From contig JBBDMM010000003.1 of assembly GCA_040878325.1 (NCBI GenBank), positions 1 through 37,820 of the forward strand: a stretch of 37,820 bases of DNA, given 5' to 3'. Each line of letters begins with the position of its first letter. Within the stretch, counting starts at the first letter, position 1. This DNA comes from Acidimicrobiia bacterium. GTDB lineage: Bacteria; Actinomycetota; Acidimicrobiia; Spongiisociales; UBA11373. A model generated the notes under the pieces. That model was not told the origin of the DNA. It saw nothing but the letters and a program-made list of their open reading frames with translations, and did not search any database. Shown piece by piece: positions 30,160-37,820 of the stretch. The translations under genes were made by a program, and so were the position numbers.

Positions 30160-30618
30160 GTGGATGAGTGGGACAGCTACGAGGAGTTCCTTCGGGTCGT
30201 CGAGCCACGACTCCGATACGCCCTGGTTGCCGGGCACGGAGCCGAGCGAGGGATGGATGCCTTGAGCGACACACTCGTTTATGGGATGCGCCACTGGGAT
30301 CGGGTCGGGCGGATGAAGAACCCCGTCGGGTACCTGTACCGAGTAGGCCAGAGGCTGGCGCGGAGGCGTCCCCAAATCAGGCCTCTACCTTCCCCCGATG
30401 TCCCGAGAGGTGAACCGCCGTGGGTGGAACCACGGCTGTCGGATGCTCTGATGTCTCTGTCGAAACGCCAACGGGAAGTCGTCGTGCTCGTCGAGGCCTT
30501 CGAGTACACCCACCAGGAGGCAGCCGATCTGCTCGGCATCGGGCGTTCCTCGATTCAGACCCACCTCGATAGGGGACTTGCGAAACTGCGGGTCGGGCTA
30601 GGCGTCGACGATGAGTGA
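30160..30618 (+). CDS. ECF RNA polymerase sigma factor
   Basis: Region 2 WDRV..M.NP.GYLYRV and region 4 LSKRQREVVVL...EAADLLGI..SSI..HL.RGL.KLR. Confidence 0.88.
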   Translation: MDEWDSYEEFLRVVEPRLRYALVAGHGAERGMDALSDTLVYGMRHWDRVGRMKNPVGYLYRVGQRLARRRPQIRPLPSPDVPRGEPPWVEPRLSDALMSLSKRQREVVVLVEAFEYTHQEAADLLGIGRSSIQTHLDRGLAKLRVGLGVDDE

Positions 30619-32917
30619 GATCGGCGACCGCCTTCGCAGGCTGTTCGAGGAGATCGCTCCACGCCCGGAGATCGAGGGCATGTTCTCCGGGGAAGCTCCG
30701 ATGCTCCACCGGCAGCGGTCTCGGCTACTCGTGGCAGCCGCACTCTTCTCCGTAGTTGTGGTCACGACTGGGGTGCTGCTTCTCGTAGTCCCCGGGTCCG
30801 ATCGAGCACCGGACGCGGCCACCACTCTCCCGATTGCAGCGAGCACGACTTCGTTGCCGGCCACCACGATCACCTACCTCTCGCCGAGCAACGACGATCT
30901 CGTAGCTCTTGTACCCGACTCGATCGAGTGCATCGTGGGGGCACTCGAAGTTCCGTGCGCCGAGATCAATGATCAGAACCCATTCACGGCGTGGAGCGTC
31001 GCCTGGGACGACGACCTGCCGATCATCACGATGTCGTTCGGGGAGACGGTGACGGTGTCGGGTGTCGCACTCCAGAACCTCGGCGATCGCCTCGAATTCC
31101 TTCGCCGGTCGCGGATCCGACAGATCGAGTTGACCACCGACGAGGGCGGGTCGGTCCTTGTCGATTTCGAAGACTCCAATCTGGACGGCAACGGCGTGTC
31201 GGTTTCGCCGCTTACCGGAAGCGTGTTCACCATTCATGTGCTCGCCGTCTACTCACCACAGGTTGGTTATGGGCCTCAGGACTTCCCGGCCCTCCCTGAG
31301 ATCGCCGTCGCAGAGTTGCAGTTGGGGGGCCGCTTTCCGGCGGAGTCTGAGACGGGTAGCCAGGTCACCGGCTGGGCTGGCGAATGGTCGCAGGTGAACG
31401 TCGACCCAACCAGACGCGGCAGGTCTCTTGATCTCGCATTCAACGGCGAGTCTTTCGCGTTGATGACACGGATGGCCGGCGGCAACCCAGTGGCGTGGGA
31501 GTCTGACGACGGGCTCGTGTGGGTCGAGGCGGCCGAATGGGACAGCGATGTACTTGTCGGGCCGCTCTCGTTCTCGTCCCGAGGAGGCGGCTGGGTCGCA
31601 GCAGGGAGTGCGGGCGGTAGGGCAACCGTCTGGCGGTCATGGATGGGGTGGGACTCAGTGACCGTCGACGGCGGGCCCGATTCATCCTGGAGCGCCATAG
31701 CGTCGATTGTCGAGTGGCGTGGCCGCCTGGTGGCTGCGGGCGAGGGCACATTCGGCGTGATGCCGCCAGAGGACGTGGTGGCCGCCGCCTGGTATTCCGA
31801 CGATGCGGGTGCGTCGTGGCATCGGAGCGATGTTCCCGACGGCCAGATGTTGAGTTTCGACTCCTTGGTGGCGGGGCCGGCAGGGATTCTCGGGCTCGCC
31901 TCGGATCATTCGTCCTTCTGGTGGCCGGTGCTGTATCGGTCGTTCGACGGGATCAGCTGGGAGCGGATCACCCCGATCGGGCTCGAGACGTCGTTCGTCG
32001 TCCAGATTTTCGCCGACAGCCTCGGCTATCTCCTCCATGACCCCAACTTCGGGAAGGTGTGGAGCTCGGTCGACGCGGTTCATTGGGTTGCCTCCGACCT
32101 GCCTTCTCGGACCCCGGACGGTGGTGAGGCCGTCGGTTTCACGACCGTGGCGCGGTATCAGGGGGCCGTCGTGCTCACCGGAATAGAGTTGTTCGAGGAT
32201 CGAGCCGTTTCGAACGCCAGGTCACCAATCGCGATTTCTCAGGTCGATGGAGGTTGGGTAATGGCGAGCCTCGACGTACCCGCTGGCGTGCACCGCCTTG
32301 TGGCAGGCAATGATCGGCTAGTCATGGCCGGGGCGCTCCCGATCCCTCTGGGCTCCGAACTCGACGGAGTCCCCGAGGAGGGCGCGACCCTTTACGTCAC
32401 CGCGTTCGTATTCCGCCCGGACGACCAACCGGAAGCGCTGCCTTGTACCGATCGCACGCCGCCCCTGACGGACCAGGACCTGCCGGCGGCGGTCGCGGAG
32501 ACGCGTCGAGCGATCTACCAGGCTGCGATCGACTGCGACTGGGCGTCACTTCGAAGTCTGACCTCCGATCCCGACTTCTTCGCCAACTACGACGGGTTGG
32601 GATTCATGGGGAGCCCGATCGACTATTGGATCGGCCTGATGCGCGATGGCGAGGACGTTCTGGGCCTGATCGCAGCGGTGCTGTCGCTTCCGCCCACTGA
32701 GATCGTCGACCCAGATGGCAACCGGAGGTGGTATTGGCCTCGTGTCTCAGTCCTGTCGGCGGACCAGCGAACCGCGGCCGACTGGGAAGGGCTGCGATCG
32801 CTCTACGACGACGAACGCATCGCACGGATGAGATCTCTGAACAGCTATGTCGGTGGGTTCTACCTCGCCATTCGGTCCGACGGGACCTGGGAATTCGCGG
32901 GCACGCAATTGACTTGA
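30611..32917 (+). CDS. Large single-pass membrane protein, probable anti-sigma/sensor
   Basis: Overlaps the ECF gene. Short cytoplasmic N-terminus, one TM, discoidin-like segment (DQNPFTAW) and repeated SxDGxxW motifs. Confidence 0.7.
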   Translation: MSEIGDRLRRLFEEIAPRPEIEGMFSGEAPMLHRQRSRLLVAAALFSVVVVTTGVLLLVVPGSDRAPDAATTLPIAASTTSLPATTITYLSPSNDDLVALVPDSIECIVGALEVPCAEINDQNPFTAWSVAWDDDLPIITMSFGETVTVSGVALQNLGDRLEFLRRSRIRQIELTTDEGGSVLVDFEDSNLDGNGVSVSPLTGSVFTIHVLAVYSPQVGYGPQDFPALPEIAVAELQLGGRFPAESETGSQVTGWAGEWSQVNVDPTRRGRSLDLAFNGESFALMTRMAGGNPVAWESDDGLVWVEAAEWDSDVLVGPLSFSSRGGGWVAAGSAGGRATVWRSWMGWDSVTVDGGPDSSWSAIASIVEWRGRLVAAGEGTFGVMPPEDVVAAAWYSDDAGASWHRSDVPDGQMLSFDSLVAGPAGILGLASDHSSFWWPVLYRSFDGISWERITPIGLETSFVVQIFADSLGYLLHDPNFGKVWSSVDAVHWVASDLPSRTPDGGEAVGFTTVARYQGAVVLTGIELFEDRAVSNARSPIAISQVDGGWVMASLDVPAGVHRLVAGNDRLVMAGALPIPLGSELDGVPEEGATLYVTAFVFRPDDQPEALPCTDRTPPLTDQDLPAAVAETRRAIYQAAIDCDWASLRSLTSDPDFFANYDGLGFMGSPIDYWIGLMRDGEDVLGLIAAVLSLPPTEIVDPDGNRRWYWPRVSVLSADQRTAADWEGLRSLYDDERIARMRSLNSYVGGFYLAIRSDGTWEFAGTQLT

Positions 32918-32982
32918 GCGGCCCGCTGTCTCCACCGATGGAGGCACCTGCTCGGTCTCGGCGAAGGAGGAGAGTCAGGCCG

Positions 32983-33007
32983 GGAACGAATTCGCCCCAG
33001 TGTCGTT
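32983..33007 (+). promoter_or_regulatory. Putative ECF (SigE/SigH-type) promoter
   Basis: GGAAC-N16-CGTT ending 8 nt before the cupredoxin ATG. Confidence 0.55.
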
Positions 33008-33015
33008 AGTACGCG

Positions 33016-33675
33016 ATGGGATCGGCTCAGATCGCCATTCGGGGACTCGCTGCCCTGTCGCTCGCCGCCTCTCTCGCCGCCTGCGGTGACGACGCCACCG
33101 GCGCCGGATCGACCTCCACCACCGCGGGGACCACTACACCCCCGAGTACCGTCGCATTCACCTCGACGACCAGCTCAGGGACCAGTAGTCCTGTCTCGAC
33201 GACGATTGGCACCACCACGACCAGCGGATCGGTGACCACCACCGCTGGTGCCACCACCTCGAGTTCCAGCGGGGGGACGGCCACGACCAGCGGAGCCGCC
33301 ACCACGACGACCGCCGCGGCCACCACGACCAGCGGAGCCGCCACCACCACGACCGCAGCCACCACCACGACCGCAGCCACCACCACGACGGTGGGCACCA
33401 CGACCTCGACGACCTCGAGCGGCCCTCAGACGTTTGGAATCAGCGTCAGCAACAACCAGTTCTCACCGGCCAACAGGACGATCACGGTGGGCGACACCAT
33501 CGTGTGGTCATTCACCGAGGGCACCCACACCACCACCAGCAATGGGGGACTGTGGAACTCGGGTTCGAAGTCGTCAGGGACATCGTTCTCGCATCAGTTC
33601 AACTCCGCCGGCTCATTTGGCTACTTCTGCTCGTTCCATTCCTCGATGACCGGGACCATCACCGTCAACCCCTGA
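33016..33675 (+). CDS. Lipoprotein with Thr/Ser-rich stalk and C-terminal plastocyanin-like cupredoxin domain
   Basis: LAAC lipobox, FSP, GDTIVW, His ligand in GTHTT, and YFCSFHSSMTG (C-x2-H-x2-M). Confidence 0.88.
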   Translation: MGSAQIAIRGLAALSLAASLAACGDDATGAGSTSTTAGTTTPPSTVAFTSTTSSGTSSPVSTTIGTTTTSGSVTTTAGATTSSSSGGTATTSGAATTTTAAATTTSGAATTTTAATTTTAATTTTVGTTTSTTSSGPQTFGISVSNNQFSPANRTITVGDTIVWSFTEGTHTTTSNGGLWNSGSKSSGTSFSHQFNSAGSFGYFCSFHSSMTGTITVNP

Positions 33676-33699
33676 GGGCGTGGCAACAGGAACTGGCTG

Positions 33700-34074
33700 T
33701 TATTCGACGACTCGCGCTCTCGGCACATCCGGGAGGTTCTTGCCCCTCGTTTCCAGTTCGGCGCCGAGGAGGCGGGCTTGTGCCTCGCCGAGTAGTCGGC
33801 GGAGGCGGGATACCTGGTGTTCGAGGCGGGCGATCTCCTCGCGCATCTCCAGCACGAGTCTTACGCCCTCGATGTTGACTCCGGCGGCGGTGAGGTCCTG
33901 GATGAGGCCGAGGCGCTCCAGGTCCTCGTCCGAGTAGCGGCGGGTGCCTCCGGGCGTGCGGAAGGGGCGCAACAGGCCGCGGCGCTCGTAGATGCGCAGG
34001 GTCTGGGGGTGCATCCCGACGATCTCCGCGGCCACCGAGATGATGTACACGGCTTCGGGCTTTCGGTCGGTCAT
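33700..34074 (-). CDS. hspR: Heat-shock repressor HspR (MerR family)
   Basis: ISVAAE..GMHPQTLR.YERRGLL.P.RT.GG.RRYS. Last gene of the dnaK operon. Confidence 0.95.
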   Translation of the reverse strand: MTDRKPEAVYIISVAAEIVGMHPQTLRIYERRGLLRPFRTPGGTRRYSDEDLERLGLIQDLTAAGVNIEGVRLVLEMREEIARLEHQVSRLRRLLGEAQARLLGAELETRGKNLPDVPRARVVE

Positions 34075-34077
34075 GGG

Positions 34078-34998
34078 TCACACCCCCAGGTGCGGTCGCG
34101 GGTCGTGGGATTGAAGATCCTGGAGCTGCTCGATCAGCGCTCTCTCGGCGTCGGTGAGGCTCTCGGGAACGGCGACTTCGACGGTGACGAGTAGGTCGCC
34201 GGTGCGCTTGGGGCCGGCCACCCCCTTGCCCGACACCCGGAAGGTCCGCCCCGATTGCGTGCCCGGTGGCACCTTCAGGGTCACCTTGCCGTCCAGGGTG
34301 GGAACGGTGATGTTGGCGCCGAGGGCCGCCTCGGCGAAGGTGATGGGCACGGTCAGCTCGAGATTCAGCCCTTTACGGTTGAAGAGCGGATGGTCCCCGG
34401 CCCTGACTCGAACGAGGATGTCGCCGGGAGGGCCACCGCCTAACCCGGGGGCCCCCTTGCCCTTCACCCGGATGAGCTGTCCGTCGTCGACGCCCGGTGG
34501 AATCTTCACCTGTACCTCGCGCGGTCCTTCGGCGCTCGAGATGGTGAGGGTCCGGGTGGAGCCGGCGATGGCTTCGTGGAAGGTGAGCCTCAGCTCACCA
34601 TCGAGGTCGGCACCCTTTTGCGGTCCTCGCCGGCCCCCCCGGAACAGGTCGCCGAGCCCCGCACCTCCGAAGATCGAGCCGAAGTCGCCCATGTCGCCGA
34701 GGTCGTCGAACCGGACATACTGCGCGCCACCCTGCGGCGAGCCCGCCCACGCGCCGCGTGCAAAGGCGTCCCGTGCCTGGTCGTACTCCTCGCGCAATTT
34801 GGGGTCGGAGAGCACGTCGTAGGCCTCGGTGACCTCCTTGAATCGCGTCTCCGCCGAGTCGTCACCAGGGTTGGTGTCGGGGTGGAACTGCTGGGCGAGC
34901 TTGCGGTAGGACTTCTTGAGGTCCTTGCCCGTCGCCGTCCGATCGACTCCGAGGACCGCGTAGAAGTCCTTCTCGAGCCAGTCGCGGCGGACGCTCAC
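34078..34998 (-). CDS. dnaJ: DnaJ-family co-chaperone without zinc finger (class B)
   Basis: DWLEKDFY, HPD motif, G/F region and C-terminal domains. No CxxCxGxG. Confidence 0.9.
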   Translation of the reverse strand: MSVRRDWLEKDFYAVLGVDRTATGKDLKKSYRKLAQQFHPDTNPGDDSAETRFKEVTEAYDVLSDPKLREEYDQARDAFARGAWAGSPQGGAQYVRFDDLGDMGDFGSIFGGAGLGDLFRGGRRGPQKGADLDGELRLTFHEAIAGSTRTLTISSAEGPREVQVKIPPGVDDGQLIRVKGKGAPGLGGGPPGDILVRVRAGDHPLFNRKGLNLELTVPITFAEAALGANITVPTLDGKVTLKVPPGTQSGRTFRVSGKGVAGPKRTGDLLVTVEVAVPESLTDAERALIEQLQDLQSHDPRPHLGV

Positions 34999-35000
34999 GG

Positions 35001-35542
35001 TCAGTCCCCCTCGGAGAGGTCCTCGGCGGCGACCTGGACCAGGGCGGGCCTGATCACCCGGCCATTGAACGAGTACCCGCGGCGAACCTCGGCGACCACC
35101 ACGAGGTGGCCGTCCCCGCCGCCCGAGATCGCCTCATGCAGATTCGGATCGAAAGGCTGGCCCTGGGCGGTGATCGGTTCGAGCCCGTGCGCCGTCAGGA
35201 TGTCGAGCATCTGCTGCTGGGTGTTGCGAACCCCTACGAGCAGGCGCACCCCGCCGTCTACTTCGGCGGCGAGGGCCGCCTCGAGGGAGTCGAGCACCGG
35301 GAGAAGATCGGTCACGAGGCGCTCCGAAGCCCGGATCATGATCTCTTCGCGCTCGCGGTTTGCCCGCTTCCGATAGTTCTCGAAGTCGGCGGCCACACGC
35401 TTGAGATCGTCGAGATGCGACTCGGCCGCAGTGCGGGCATCAGACAACTCGGCGATCAGCATGTCGACCGCTTGGTCGGGGTCGTCAGGCAGCTCGAGGT
35501 CGATCGAGACGAATCCGCCGTCCTCGACGGGAAGTTCGTCGG

Positions 35543-35546
<4 letters not shown>
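35001..35546 (-). CDS. grpE: Nucleotide exchange factor GrpE
   Basis: [17 protein letters not shown] and GY....RVIRPA.V motifs. Confidence 0.96.
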
Positions 35547-37369
<1,823 letters not shown>

Positions 37370-37431
37370 GGGTGCTCCTCGATTTTCGAACTCACCGCGG
37401 GGGCGAATCTAGGGTTTCTTAGTGTACTGCA

Positions 37432-37464
37432 GTATTAGAACCTGAGTCGATGGCTATCAATTCC
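37432..37464 (-). promoter_or_regulatory. dnaK promoter region with HAIR-like operator
   Basis: Imperfect HAIR CCTGAGT-N7-TATCAAT (37441-37461). On the minus strand, GGAAT-N18-GTT and TTGATA-N17-TAATAC. Confidence 0.6.
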
Positions 37465-37489
37465 CAGATTTCAGGACAGGTTTGGGAAG

Positions 37490-37797
37490 CGAGCCGAGGG
37501 CGAGCGGGTTCAGCCACGCGAACGAAGTGAGCCCCCGCGAGACCGGTAGGCCGTCTTCGGGATTCTCCGAGCGTCTCCCCCCGGTACCCCCGGGGGGAGT
37601 GCGGGAACCCCTCGGGTTCCTGGCGAGGGGTGCAGCCAAGCGAACGAAGTGAGCCCCCTGCGGGCGGGACTGGTCCCGGATGGCCGTCTTCGGTTGATTC
37701 GAGCGTCTCCCCCCGGTACTCCGGGGGGAGTGCCCCGAAGGGGCGAGGGGGGCAGCTGAGACAGCGAGCAGGACTGGTCCCGGTAGTGCATCTTCGG
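37490..37797. repeat. Tandem array of about 121-bp REP-like units (about 2.5 copies)
   Basis: Units start at 37511, 37633 and 37753. Hairpins CTCCCCCCGG..CCGGGGGGAG at 37575-37599 and 37707-37730. Confidence 0.85.
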
Positions 37798-37820
37798 GTG
37801 TTGGGGGGGGGCCGCCCCCC

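Noticed and set aside
37490..37797. CRISPR array
   Set aside because: Units are about 121 bp and similar throughout, with no repeat-spacer pattern and no cas genes.

Overview
High-GC window, probably from an Actinomycetota genome and possibly class Acidimicrobiia (inferred from a dnaK-grpE-dnaJ-hspR operon, a mazE5/mazF5-like pair and many leaderless TANNNT promoters). It is a scaffold with three 10-N gaps. It begins in the left end of an IS481-family element inserted into the loop of a REP-like hairpin. About 42 CDS follow, mostly housekeeping or envelope genes: class V aminotransferase, RTX-NodB deacetylase, rhomboid, acyl-CoA dehydrogenase, thioesterase, acyltransferase, RRM protein, SURF1, EamA, purA-purB, an AapJQMP-like ABC transporter, a broken CDF gene, YjbQ, amidohydrolases, a class III cyclase, TetR, NfeD-SPFH, a TA pair, mscL, an ECF sigma with a large membrane partner, a cupredoxin and the dnaK operon. 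The most unusual signal is non-coding. Many intergenic gaps hold inverted arrays of 7-nt tandem repeats, in at least four unrelated unit sequences, bracketing variable cores. One of these cores is a composite REP-like element that recurs across the window. Three genes have their stop codons inside these elements, and one array may form a promoter. No tRNA, rRNA or CRISPR array was seen. All calls are by eye; no searches were run.
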